From assembly GCA_029268695.1 (NCBI GenBank), contig JAQWNJ010000022.1:45560-109559 (forward strand): a stretch of 64,000 nt of DNA. The letters run 5' to 3'. A program made the position numbers and the translations under genes. The notes beneath the pieces were generated by a model. It ran no database searches. It was not told the DNA's origin and saw only the letters and a list, made by a program, of their open reading frames with translations. Each line of letters starts with the position of its first letter. Within the stretch, counting starts at the first letter, position 1. Shown here piece by piece: positions 30,276 through 40,900 of this stretch. The DNA is from Bacteroidia bacterium (GTDB taxonomy: Bacteria > Bacteroidota > Bacteroidia > NS11-12g > UBA9320).

Positions 30276-31496
30276 ATGAATAATTTGGTACTTACCAACA
30301 TAAAGCAACTGATCGGAATTACAGAAAATTCAAAAGAGGTAAAAAAAGGAAACTCACAAGGTGATGTTCAAACCATAAAAAACGCATACTTGGTTATTAG
30401 AGATGGAATAATTCAGGATTTTGGTCAAATGAATGATTGCCCAAATACAGAGTTAACTTCTCATGATTGTACTAATCAATTGGTCATGCCAATGTATGTT
30501 GATTCTCATACCCACCTCGTTTTTGCTAAGAGCAGGAGTGATGAAATGAAGATGCGACTGCAAGGAAAATCTTATCAAGAAATTGCTGAAGCTGGTGGTG
30601 GAATACTTAACTCCGCTAAAAAGCTTCATAAAATGAGTGAACAACAACTCTATAACGATGCACACTTGCGACTGGAGCAGGTTATCAAAAGTGGAACGGG
30701 AGCTATCGAAATAAAAAGTGGCTATGGCCTCAACATCGAGGACGAAATGAAGATGTTACGAGTCATTCGAGTTCTCAAACAACTATCACCCATCCCAATT
30801 AAGTCTACATTTTTGGGTGCACACGCGATTCCGGAGGAATTCAAGAATAACAAAGCAGCATATATGTATCTCGTATGCAATGAAATGTTGCCTCGCATAG
30901 CTGGTGAAAATCTAGCAGATTTTATTGATATTTTTTGTGAAATAGGGTATTTTGATTTGGACGATTTAAAACAAATTATCGAAGCGGGCGATAAATTCGG
31001 AATTAAAGCCAAGGTTCACGTCAACCAGTTCAGTAGCTTTGGTGCTGTTCAACTTGCATGCTCATATGGGGCATTATCCTTAGACCACCTTGAAGTTATG
31101 AATAAAGAAGATTATGTTGCCCTTGAAAATTCCAACACATTAGCTACAGCTTTGCCATTATGCTCTATGTTCTTGGATATTCCATACTCGCCAGCTAAAC
31201 AACTTATCAAGCGAAACATACCCCTTGTATTAGCGAGTGACTTCAATCCAGGATCTGCTCCTAGTAGCAACCTAAATCTTGTATTTGCTCTGGCATGTTC
31301 ACAAATGAAACTTACTCCAGAAGAAGCATTTAATGCATTAACCTATAATGCCGCATTTGCCATAAATGTTCAAGATGAAGTGGGGAGTATTCAAGTTGGC
31401 AAAAAAGCTAATCTCATCATCACAAAACCTGCAAATGGACTTGAAGACATCCCCTACTGGTTTGGAGAAAATATGATCAGCAGTGTGATTGTGTAA
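30276..31496 (+). CDS. hutI: Imidazolonepropionase
   Basis: DSHTH, GGGI, EIKSGYGL, FLGAH, DIFCE, HVNQ, DHLE, SDFNPGS; ATG 30276. Confidence 0.97.
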   Translation: MNNLVLTNIKQLIGITENSKEVKKGNSQGDVQTIKNAYLVIRDGIIQDFGQMNDCPNTELTSHDCTNQLVMPMYVDSHTHLVFAKSRSDEMKMRLQGKSYQEIAEAGGGILNSAKKLHKMSEQQLYNDAHLRLEQVIKSGTGAIEIKSGYGLNIEDEMKMLRVIRVLKQLSPIPIKSTFLGAHAIPEEFKNNKAAYMYLVCNEMLPRIAGENLADFIDIFCEIGYFDLDDLKQIIEAGDKFGIKAKVHVNQFSSFGAVQLACSYGALSLDHLEVMNKEDYVALENSNTLATALPLCSMFLDIPYSPAKQLIKRNIPLVLASDFNPGSAPSSNLNLVFALACSQMKLTPEEAFNALTYNAAFAINVQDEVGSIQVGKKANLIITKPANGLEDIPYWFGENMISSVIV

Positions 31497-31499
31497 TAA

Positions 31500-33389
31500 T
31501 TAGTATGCTCTATCTGAACTCCCTTGCATGAAATAAACAAAGCTACGATTCACGACTTGATTGCCCCCTGGAGTCGGGTAATTCCCAGAGAAATACCAAT
31601 CACCTAAATGATTAGGGCACGAAGCGTGCAGATTATCAATGGATTGGTAAACAATTTCAACATCTGCTTGAATGTCATCAGGAGTTACAAGCAAAGCAAT
31701 CTCATTTTCAATTTCTTCATCAGTAAATTGATCATAAAGCATTTTTACTTTATTTTGCATTTGTACAATTGGTTTTTTGAGTTCCTCTTGGCAAGCATCC
31801 TGGACCTTATCCAGAAAAGCTAAATTATTGTTTTTTTCTAAGAGACTTTTGACTGCTTTAAATGCAATGAACTCATTCATTCTACTCATGTCAATTCCAT
31901 AGCAATCAGGGTACTTAATAATTGGTGCCGATGATGCAACGATAATTTTTTTAGGACCTAAACGGTCTAAAATACGAAGGATACTCTTCTTCAATGTTGT
32001 CCCTCTAACAATACTATCATCAACCACCACTAAAGTATCTGTCTGCTTCACTAAACCGTAGGTGACATCATAGCCATTTCCTACTAAATCGTCTCTACCC
32101 TCATCTTGAGCAATAAAAGTTCGAATTTTAGCATCTTTAACTAGCAGTTTCTCTCGCCTGATTTTTACAGATAACAGCTTATCAATTTCTTCAGGTTGTG
32201 CATTAGACCCTAGTTTCAGAATGGCCTCCCTCTTCCATTTATCCAAGTATTTGTATATTCCATCTACTAAACCATAATAGGATGTAGCAGCAGTATTAGG
32301 TATATATGAAAATACCGTAGATCGTATATCATAATCCAAACGTTTAAGTATTTTTCTTGCAAGTTTTCTACCCAATCTTTTTCGTTCTTCATGGATTTTT
32401 CCATCGCTACCTCTTGAAAAATAGATGCGTTCAAAGCTACAAGATAGGCGTTTAAGTGGAGTCAGTATTTGTTTCTCCTGAAAACTTCCATCACATGCAA
32501 TAATCAGAGCTGAACCCGGAGTAACTTCTTTGAGATCTTCCTGTTGTAAGTCAAATGCTGTTTGAATAGCTGAACGCTCACTAGCTACAACTACTATTTC
32601 ATCATTTGCCCAATAATAATTCGGTCGAATCCCATTCGGGTCTCTCATTACAAATGCATTTCCATCACCAATAAGTCCAACCATATTATATCCCCCATCT
32701 ACATTTTTGAATGCATTCTTGAGGACGTATTCAAGATCTAGGTTATTTTTAATTTTATCCGCTATAGCAAGACTATCCATCCCATCTTTTTTAAAATCAT
32801 GATACAACCGAGCATTTTCTTCATCCAGAAAATGACCAATTTTTTCAAGCATGGTTACATTATCACTAATTTCTTTGGGATGTTGCCCCAAATCAATGAG
32901 CTGTCGATACATGGCTTGCACATTCGTCATATTATAATTTCCTGCAAGAACAAGATTTCTACTCATCCAATTGTTTTGGCGAAGAAACGGATGTACATTT
33001 TCAATGCTATTTTTCCCGTGCGTAGCATACCTAAGATGTCCTAATAATAACTCTCCAGCATAAGGATATTTTTTTCTTAACCAGGAAGTGTTATTCACTT
33101 TTTCGGGATTTAATGAACGGTATCTCTTATTCAGTCGATCAAATAGCGTACTCACTGCACCTGAACCTATAGCACGCTCACGAGCAATATAACGACTACC
33201 GTACTCAGGATTAAGCTTTATAGCTGCAAGACCTGCTCCATCCTGGCCTCTATTAAGTTGCTTGCTCATTAACATCTGAAGTTTCTTTAACCCGTACAAC
33301 TCTGTTCCATATTTATCCCGGTAAAATTCTAATGGTTTTCTTAATCGAATTAAGGCTACTCCACACTCGTGTTTTATTGGATCACTCAT
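31500..33389 (-). CDS. purF: Amidophosphoribosyltransferase (long Bacteroidota form)
   Basis: HECG (Ntn Cys), GQDGAG, HLRYATHG, RDPNGIRP, CSFERIYF, VDDSIVRGTT; ATG 33389. Confidence 0.93.
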   Translation of the reverse strand: MSDPIKHECGVALIRLRKPLEFYRDKYGTELYGLKKLQMLMSKQLNRGQDGAGLAAIKLNPEYGSRYIARERAIGSGAVSTLFDRLNKRYRSLNPEKVNNTSWLRKKYPYAGELLLGHLRYATHGKNSIENVHPFLRQNNWMSRNLVLAGNYNMTNVQAMYRQLIDLGQHPKEISDNVTMLEKIGHFLDEENARLYHDFKKDGMDSLAIADKIKNNLDLEYVLKNAFKNVDGGYNMVGLIGDGNAFVMRDPNGIRPNYYWANDEIVVVASERSAIQTAFDLQQEDLKEVTPGSALIIACDGSFQEKQILTPLKRLSCSFERIYFSRGSDGKIHEERKRLGRKLARKILKRLDYDIRSTVFSYIPNTAATSYYGLVDGIYKYLDKWKREAILKLGSNAQPEEIDKLLSVKIRREKLLVKDAKIRTFIAQDEGRDDLVGNGYDVTYGLVKQTDTLVVVDDSIVRGTTLKKSILRILDRLGPKKIIVASSAPIIKYPDCYGIDMSRMNEFIAFKAVKSLLEKNNNLAFLDKVQDACQEELKKPIVQMQNKVKMLYDQFTDEEIENEIALLVTPDDIQADVEIVYQSIDNLHASCPNHLGDWYFSGNYPTPGGNQVVNRSFVYFMQGSSDRAY

Positions 33390-33407
33390 ACAGCTAAAAT
33401 GATAAAA

Positions 33408-33423
33408 CAAATGTATAACTTTG
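33408..33423. promoter_or_regulatory. Abutting divergent -7 elements for purF (TACATTTG, minus) and aroQ (TAACTTTG, plus)
   Basis: CAAATGTA|TAACTTTG; both exact TAnnTTTG. Confidence 0.55.
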
Positions 33424-33444
33424 AACCATTAATAAGTTACAATT

Positions 33445-33867
33445 TTGAAAATACTAATTCTAAACGGACCCAATCTTAACTTGCTCGGCAAAAGAGAGCC
33501 AAATATCTATGGTGCCACTAGTTTTGAAGTGTTTTTAAAAGAAGCCAAAAATGAATTTTCAAACCACGAAATTGACTATTATCAAAGTAACATAGAAGGT
33601 GAAATCATAGATACCCTTCAAAAAGCAGAACACCATAATTTCTCTGGAATTATCATTAATTTAGGAGGATATACCCATACTTCAGTCGCTATTGCAGACA
33701 CAGTAGCAAGCATATCTGTTCCTGTAATTTCCGTTCATATATCTAATATCTACCAAAGGGAATCTGAACGCCATAAAGAGCTTAGTGCACAATACGTTCA
33801 TGGGGGAGTTTTTGGATTAGGAATTAATGGTTATCGACTAGCCATTCAACATTTGGTAAGTCTTTGA
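33445..33867 (+). CDS. aroQ: Type II 3-dehydroquinate dehydratase
   Basis: LNGPNLNLLGKREPNIYG, SNIEGEIID, YTHTS, VHISN; TTG start. Confidence 0.93.
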   Translation: MKILILNGPNLNLLGKREPNIYGATSFEVFLKEAKNEFSNHEIDYYQSNIEGEIIDTLQKAEHHNFSGIIINLGGYTHTSVAIADTVASISVPVISVHISNIYQRESERHKELSAQYVHGGVFGLGINGYRLAIQHLVSL

Positions 33868-34870
33868 ATTTAGTTTTTTTACGAAAAAAATATAACCATA
33901 CAACGGAGTGATTGTATAATCTAGGCCGAGTTATTCGATTAGCTTGAATTTGTTTTCTTTTAACAATTGAAGATTTTAAGCTTGACCAAAAAGAAAAATG
34001 TGCTTTAAGCACGGTCAAAAATAATTTGGGTTTACCATCTAAAACAAATTTTAAAGCAGAAATTCCATCCAAAATCATCCGCCAAAATAATGTCCCTAAC
34101 CAAAATGATGAAGCTAAATTTTTAGTTATTAAAATAAGATTATTCCTATAGTTAAGGAAGTATTTAAATGAAGATCCCTCACTCAATGTACCTCCACCTA
34201 AATGATATACCTCTGATTTTGGTTCAACATATATTTCATGACCCAAATTTTGCATTCGCCAACAAAGATCGATTTCTTCCATGTGAGCAAATAAGTCATC
34301 GTCAAAACCACCAGAATTATGAAAAACATCTGCACGAACAAATAAACATGCACCTGCAGCCCAAAAAATAGAGGTAGTATCATCGTATTGACCTATATCT
34401 TGCTCTAAACTGTCAAAGATTCTTCCTCTACAAAATGGATACCCCCATCTATCAATGAAGCCGCCACTTGCACCAGCGTATTCAAAATATTGAGCTCTTT
34501 TGTCATCCAGAATCTTGGGTTGAATTGCTCCAATTTTTGGATTTGCTTGTGCTAAATCAACCAGGGGCCTCAACCATGATTTTGATACTCGAACATCGCT
34601 ATTGATGAGCACATAATATTCTGCTTCAATCTGATCCAAAGCCCAATTATACCCACCAGCGTACCCTCTATTTTCTGAAGATTTTAGAATATGAATCTGT
34701 TGATGAAACTGGCTTTTCAAAAAAGAAACCGAATTGTCAGTCGAGGCATTATCAACTACCCATACATCCATATTATCAAAATCTGTTGCTAATATGTCAG
34801 GAAGATACTTTTCAAGTAATTCTTGAGTATTATAGTTTAGTATAACGACTGCTACTTTAGGGCTAGGCAT
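33824..34870 (-). CDS. Glycosyltransferase family 2 (rhamnosyltransferase-like)
   Basis: VVILNYN, VDNASTD, NRGYAGGYN, LINSD, FAHMEEIDLCWR, HLGGGT. Confidence 0.92.
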   Translation of the reverse strand: MPSPKVAVVILNYNTQELLEKYLPDILATDFDNMDVWVVDNASTDNSVSFLKSQFHQQIHILKSSENRGYAGGYNWALDQIEAEYYVLINSDVRVSKSWLRPLVDLAQANPKIGAIQPKILDDKRAQYFEYAGASGGFIDRWGYPFCRGRIFDSLEQDIGQYDDTTSIFWAAGACLFVRADVFHNSGGFDDDLFAHMEEIDLCWRMQNLGHEIYVEPKSEVYHLGGGTLSEGSSFKYFLNYRNNLILITKNLASSFWLGTLFWRMILDGISALKFVLDGKPKLFLTVLKAHFSFWSSLKSSIVKRKQIQANRITRPRLYNHSVVWLYFFRKKTKFKDLPNVEWLVDNH

Positions 34871-34879
34871 AGGAAAATT

Positions 34880-35245
34880 CTAGTTCTTCTTTCTAAAAAT
34901 AAACTTCATACTTTCTTTATGAACCAGCAAAATACAAAATGAGTCTGATTGAGTTGTAAACTGTTTTTTAAAGGCACTCTTTTTTTCGTCTAAGATAATT
35001 TTTCGAGCTACTAACTCTTCCATTGTACTTGCTGAAAAACTAAAACTTGTTTTATACTCTTTCTTGTCTATTACTTTTTGAGCTATTGCAATTTCTTCTT
35101 CATGAGCTAATAAAATGGGAAAATTAGAATACCCGCCATCAACGATCGCCTTTACAGTTTCGTTTAATTCTTTCTTGAGCAGCTTTATATCTCCATCCAA
35201 CGACTGCAAAAGTTCTTGTTCGTTGGGATTAATAATATTTTCCAT
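34880..35245 (-). CDS. Hypothetical protein, 121 aa
   Basis: ORF track; co-oriented 9 nt upstream of the GT2. Confidence 0.8.
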   Translation of the reverse strand: MENIINPNEQELLQSLDGDIKLLKKELNETVKAIVDGGYSNFPILLAHEEEIAIAQKVIDKKEYKTSFSFSASTMEELVARKIILDEKKSAFKKQFTTQSDSFCILLVHKESMKFIFRKKN

Positions 35246-35335
35246 TTATATAATATTCCTCAAATTTCTATAATATTTGAATATCATTTACAAAAATGAA
35301 AAATAAAAGTCTCAAATTCATTACAATTTTTAATA

Positions 35336-35848
35336 TTGGAAATCGATAAACTTCAATTTAAACCAGTCAGTTACTCAGACGATATTTCAAATCTTGCCCT
35401 CATGGCAAAAGAAATTTGGGAAGAACATTATACTCCTATCATAGGAAAAGATCAAGTAAATTATATGATTGATAAGTTTCAATCTGAATCAGCCATTATT
35501 CAGCAAATTAAAGATGATTATGACTATTTCATTGTTAGTAGATATAGCCAACACATTGGTTATCTGTGTTTTATTAAAAATAACGAAATTAATTCCCTTT
35601 TTCTAAGTAAAATCTATCTAAAAAAACCTTTTCGAAGAATGGGATATGGAAGAGAAATGTTTGAATTTGTAAAAAGACAAGCATCCAAAAAAAGATATCA
35701 ATCCATAACTCTAACAGTAAACAAGTACAATAAAAACACCATACGTGCATACCAAAAATACGGATTTGTTAAAAAAAGAGAACTCGTAATTGATATCGGA
35801 AACGGGTTTGTTATGGATGACTTTGAGATGATCTACGAAATCAAGTAG
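35336..35848 (+). CDS. GNAT N-acetyltransferase
   Basis: LSKIYL..PFRRMGYG, LTVNKYN..I.AY.KYGF; TTG start. Confidence 0.92.
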   Translation: MEIDKLQFKPVSYSDDISNLALMAKEIWEEHYTPIIGKDQVNYMIDKFQSESAIIQQIKDDYDYFIVSRYSQHIGYLCFIKNNEINSLFLSKIYLKKPFRRMGYGREMFEFVKRQASKKRYQSITLTVNKYNKNTIRAYQKYGFVKKRELVIDIGNGFVMDDFEMIYEIK

Positions 35849-37250
35849 TTGATCTCAATTCCAATAATACTACGTTCTCAACATGATGCGTTTGCGGGAA
35901 CATGTCAACCGCTTGAGATTTAACAACTTGATAGGTTGAGTCTAATATAGCGAGGTCCCGTGCTTGAGTCGCAGGATTACAACTCACATAAACCAATTTT
36001 GGACTTTTTATCTCGCTAAGATACTCTACCACCTTGGGATGCATTCCACTTCGTGGTGGATCCGTTATAATAATATCAGGGCTACCATGTTTGGCATAAA
36101 ATTGAGGGTTGAATACATCTTTCATATCCCCAACTAGAAACTCAACATTATTAATATTATTAATCGACGCATTTACTTTAGCAGCTGCAATAGCCTCATC
36201 AATAATCTCAACACCAATTGCCTTTTTTGCTTTAGCAGCAGCTAAACATGTAATTGTTCCTGTTCCACAATACAAATCATAAACCACATCATTTTCTGTG
36301 ATTTCTGCAAAGTCCACTGCCACTTGATACAGCTTTTCTGCTTGAATGGGATTAGTCTGGAAAAAAGATTTAGGAGATATATTAAACTTTAGCCCATTGA
36401 GTTCTTCTTGTATCTCAAAATTTCCCTTGTAACTAATAAATGTCTGATCAAATGTGCTATCATTCAACTTTTCATTTATGCAGTAATTTAATGCATATGG
36501 ATCGAATTTTTCATGGATTGCATTCAAAAGAAGGTTTCTGTTTTCAGGCTCGTCTTTTGCAAAAATTACATTAATCATCCAATCTCCTTTTCGAGTGTTT
36601 CTTAACATCAAATTTCTCATCAAACCAGTATGCTCTCTTAGATCGTAAAATGTGAAGCCATTTTCAATACAGAATTCATAGATAAAATTTCGAATATCAT
36701 TACCCAGCTCATCTTGCAACCAACATTTATTTATTGCCAATACCTTATCGAATCTTCCAGGTGCATGAAATCCTAAAGCATTTGTATGCTCTAATTCAGC
36801 TAAGGTTTCATCTTCATATAACCACCGTTTATTTGAGAACGTATATTCCATTTTATTACGGTAAAATTGCTGAGAATTTGAACCCATAATAGGAAGCTTT
36901 TCGCCCACTTCAATTTTTCCAATTCTTTGGAGGCAATCGTCTGCCCATTGATCTTTAAGTGTCAATTGTGAGGCATATTCGATGTGTTGCCATTTGCAAC
37001 CTCCACAGGTTCCGTAATGATCACAGAATGAATCAACTCTTAATTCGGACGATCGGTGAAGTTTGGTGATTTTAGCTAAACTAAACTTTTTCTTACGGCC
37101 AACGATTTCAAGGTCGACTATGTCACCTGGTGCACCATATTTTACAAAAATCACCTTTCCGTCAATCTTGGCTAAAGCATGACCCTCTCCGCCCGCAGCA
37201 ACCAATTCTACATTTTCAAAATGCTTTTGCTTTTGTTTCCTTCTTTCCAC
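35841..37250 (-). CDS. rlmD: 23S rRNA (uracil-1939-C5) methyltransferase
   Basis: TRAM domain, C..YGTCGGC Fe-S motif, FFQTN, DLYCGTG, DPPRSG, YVSCNPATQARD, DMFPQTHHVE. Confidence 0.95.
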   Translation of the reverse strand: MERRKQKQKHFENVELVAAGGEGHALAKIDGKVIFVKYGAPGDIVDLEIVGRKKKFSLAKITKLHRSSELRVDSFCDHYGTCGGCKWQHIEYASQLTLKDQWADDCLQRIGKIEVGEKLPIMGSNSQQFYRNKMEYTFSNKRWLYEDETLAELEHTNALGFHAPGRFDKVLAINKCWLQDELGNDIRNFIYEFCIENGFTFYDLREHTGLMRNLMLRNTRKGDWMINVIFAKDEPENRNLLLNAIHEKFDPYALNYCINEKLNDSTFDQTFISYKGNFEIQEELNGLKFNISPKSFFQTNPIQAEKLYQVAVDFAEITENDVVYDLYCGTGTITCLAAAKAKKAIGVEIIDEAIAAAKVNASINNINNVEFLVGDMKDVFNPQFYAKHGSPDIIITDPPRSGMHPKVVEYLSEIKSPKLVYVSCNPATQARDLAILDSTYQVVKSQAVDMFPQTHHVENVVLLELRSTT

Positions 37251-37297
37251 TAATTATTGGTCTATTTTTCGTTTATGAACTGATTTAACTTGGGGTG

Positions 37298-37783
37298 TTA
37301 TTTGTTTTTGTTATGCAATTCATACTGATACTTTTCCACGTCATTTAACGTAGCTCCAAATTGAGAAACATCCTGATATCCTGGCATTTGAAACAGCTTT
37401 GCATCTTGAGGAACAAAAAAGAAAAAAGTAGGATATCCCGATGGCTTATTATTGGACAAAGCCATTAATAACTGACGACCACTCAAAGAATCCTTTGTGC
37501 CGGCATAATATTTACCAGGTTTTTCAGGATTAAACTTGATAGCGATGTAATTGTCATTGATTCTTTCAATAATTTTCGGATCTGAAAATGTCTTCTTATC
37601 CATGACCTTACACCAACCACACCAATCAGTGTAACAATCAATTACCGCTATCTTCCCTGTCTGTTGAGCCAATGCTAATCCAGTATTAAAATCTACCCAT
37701 TTAATTTTTTGAGGTTCACCCACGTAGGAGGATGCCCCAAGAACAAATGGAAGAAAAAAAATCATTGTAACTATACGTATCAT
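37298..37783 (-). CDS. Exported thioredoxin-family protein (DUF255-like)
   Basis: Signal peptide, YTDWCGWCKVMD, GYPT. Confidence 0.9.
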   Translation of the reverse strand: MIRIVTMIFFLPFVLGASSYVGEPQKIKWVDFNTGLALAQQTGKIAVIDCYTDWCGWCKVMDKKTFSDPKIIERINDNYIAIKFNPEKPGKYYAGTKDSLSGRQLLMALSNNKPSGYPTFFFFVPQDAKLFQMPGYQDVSQFGATLNDVEKYQYELHNKNK

Positions 37784-37794
37784 AAATAATTCTA

Positions 37795-37802
37795 CAAAGA
37801 TA
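37795..37802 (-). promoter_or_regulatory. -7 element TATCTTTG
   Basis: Exact TAnnTTTG 11 nt upstream of the thioredoxin ATG. Confidence 0.55.
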
Positions 37803-37944
37803 ACTCAATACATTAAGTTTAATTATGGACATTAACCTATTTTATAATGGTTTAACAACCTCAAATGACTCGAATATTACAGCTAAATCGAAGCATATCG
37901 GCAACAAATCAATTATTTTCGCATGAGTAGAGTTTCTGAAATAA

Positions 37945-40900
37945 TTGAATAACAATAAGCTCATAAATCGATTAGAATACTTCATAAAGAAGTATTACCA
38001 AAACCAACTGTTAAAAGGGATTATAATCTGCATATCAATAATAATTATCGCTTTTTTTACGCTTAGTTTTTCTGAATATATGGGAAGATTTGAAATTCAA
38101 ACTCGAACTTACCTTTTTTATACATTGGTAGTGCTTTCAATCTTAGTTTTAGTCCAATACATTATTCTTCCAATTTTAGGTTTAATTAACATAAAAAGAA
38201 ATTTTGGATACTCCGAAGCTGCAACGCTAATTGGAAACCATTTTCCTGAGGTTCAAGACAAGCTAATTAACACCTTACAACTCCAAGAAAAAGTAAATAA
38301 TTCCAATCAACAATTGCTCATTGCCAGCATTGATCAAAGAATTAAAAATTTAAGTCCAATATCATTTGCCAAAGCTATACCATATAAGGAAAATATTGCC
38401 TATATAAAATATGCTTTACTTCCAGCAATTCTTTTGTTATTCATTTTACTTACAACACCTGGATTTAAAAAAAGTAGTCAACGAATCGTACAATATAAAA
38501 CCCATTTTGAAATCGAGGCTCCCTTTGAGTTTGAGTCGGATTTAGAAAAAGTTGTGGCTATTCAAAATGAGGATATCAAAATACAATTAAACACAAAAGG
38601 AAAACAAATCCCTCAAGATGCCTATCTACGAATTGGCACCTATAAGTACAAGATGAAAATGGATAAACTAGGGTCTTTTTCATATCGACTTCGTAACGTT
38701 CAAAAAACAGAAAAAATATACTTTGAAGCTGGTGGGTTTTCTAGCAGAGAATATCTTCTAAATGTAGTCCCTAAGCCAAGGCTAATTAACACATACACTA
38801 AATTAATTTATCCTAAGTATCTTAATTTGGATAATGGTGTGGTGGAGAATATTGGAGAAATAAATGTTCCTGCAGGAACTATCATTGAGTGGAATATTCA
38901 AACTAAAAATGTTAATAGACTGATAATTAACCCTTCCAATGATACATTATCTCCGATAGATAATAACACTCAAGTTCGTAGGCGTTTTCTGAAATCAAGC
39001 AGATTGAACATTACCTCACAAAATAACTTAATAAAAAAGGGTGACTCCATAAACTTCTCCATTCGAGTTTCTCCTGACCTGTACCCTTCTATTGAAGTAA
39101 ACTTACAAAAAGATAGCTTGAGTCAGAAAATTTTATATTTCATGGGTAGTATTTCAGACGATCACGGTTTCGATAAACTCCAGTTTCATTATACCCATTT
39201 AAGAGATGAAAAGTATTTAATAAGTGATTCAAATAATATCGAGATACCAATTAATCTTTCCCAAATTAATCAAAAATTTTATCACCTATGGAATTTGGAT
39301 GCCATTGAAGCCCAACCCGATGATAAAATTGAATACTATTTTAAGATTTGGGATAATGATGAGGTAAATGGATCAAAGTACACTCAAACACCTATAGCTA
39401 ATTATAAGATCCCATCTTTGAAAGAAATTGAGAAATTAACTGAAAAACTTAATCAAGAAATCAAAGAATCATTAAATGATGCCCAATCAAAATCTAAAAA
39501 TTTAGAAGAACAGATAAAGAGTGTCGAAAAAATGCTCACAGAAAAAAAGAATTTGGACTGGAACGATAAAAGAAAAATCCAAGAATTGCTTGAAAAGAAA
39601 AAATCCATTCAGGAAAAACTAAAAAACTCAATCCAAAAAAACATCGAAAAAAATTTTAAGGAGAATGAGTTTAATCCTATTCAAGAGGAACTTCTAGAAA
39701 AACAAAAAAAACTTGAAAAAATCATGAACGATGTGCTTGATGATAAAACCCAAAAACTAATGGATAAAATTCAAGAGCTATTAGAAAAAAATAAGAAAGA
39801 TGAAATTCAGAATGCTCTTCAAAAGTTAAAATTTGATGAGAAACAAATGAATAAGGAAATGGATAGACTATTAGAGTTATTCAAAGAACTTGAGCTCGAA
39901 AAGAAGTTATTAGATACCATTGATAAACTTAATCAACTAGCAAAACAAGAAAAAAAACTTGCATCAAAAACAAACAAGAAAGGAAAAGATAAAGCTGCTG
40001 AACAAGAGAAACTAAACAAAATATTTGATGAAATTAAAAAAGATTTAAAAACCATTGAACAAAATAACAAGGATTTAGAAAAACCATTAAATCTTAATAA
40101 TCATGAGGATGATCAACAAAGTATTAGTCTAAAAATGAAAGATGCTTTGTCAAAAGAACAACAAGGAAAGTCTAAAAATGCATCTCAAAAAATGAATGAA
40201 TCTGCTGAACAGATTGGTGAATTAGCTCAAAAAATGCAACAAGAAATGGAAGAAGCTTATGAAGAACAACAAACAGAGGACTACAATAATTTAAGACAAA
40301 TTCTAGAAAATCTAATCCAATTATCATTTGACCAAGAAGCACTCATAGCGGCATTTAAAAAGAATGAGAAATACAGCCCTAAATATGTTGAATTACGTCA
40401 AGATCAAAGAAGGATAAAAGATGAGACTAAAATGGTAGAAGACTCTTTGTTGGCTTTAAGCAAGCGAAATGAGCAAATTCATTCTTTTGTAAATGAAGAA
40501 ATTTCAAAGGTTAACGATAATCTTGATGAATCAATCAGACACTTAGGAGAGCGAATTACATACAAAGCACTTGTTACCCAACAATATGCCATGACGGGTT
40601 ATAACAACCTTGCACTAATGCTGACTGAATCGCTCAAACAGATGCAGCAACAGATCAAAAATCAGAGGGAAAATAAGGGAAAACCAAAAGGAAAATGCAA
40701 GAAACCAGGGGGAGCCAAAAACGGGGAAAAACCACAAAAGCCCAATGCTAGTGCAATAAAAAAAATGCAAGATGAACTTGCTAAGCAAATTAAAGAATTA
40801 GAAAAAGGAGAGAAACAAGGCAAGGGGAAACCTTCAAGCAAACAATTTGCTGAAATGGCGACTAAACAAGCAGCTATTAGAGAGAAAATTCAAGAACTAA

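Noticed and set aside
37923-37952. Short ORF MSRVSEIIE overlapping the DUF4175 TTG start (possible frameshift)
   Set aside because: It begins 1 nt after the -7 element, too close to be transcribed, and there is no slippery site
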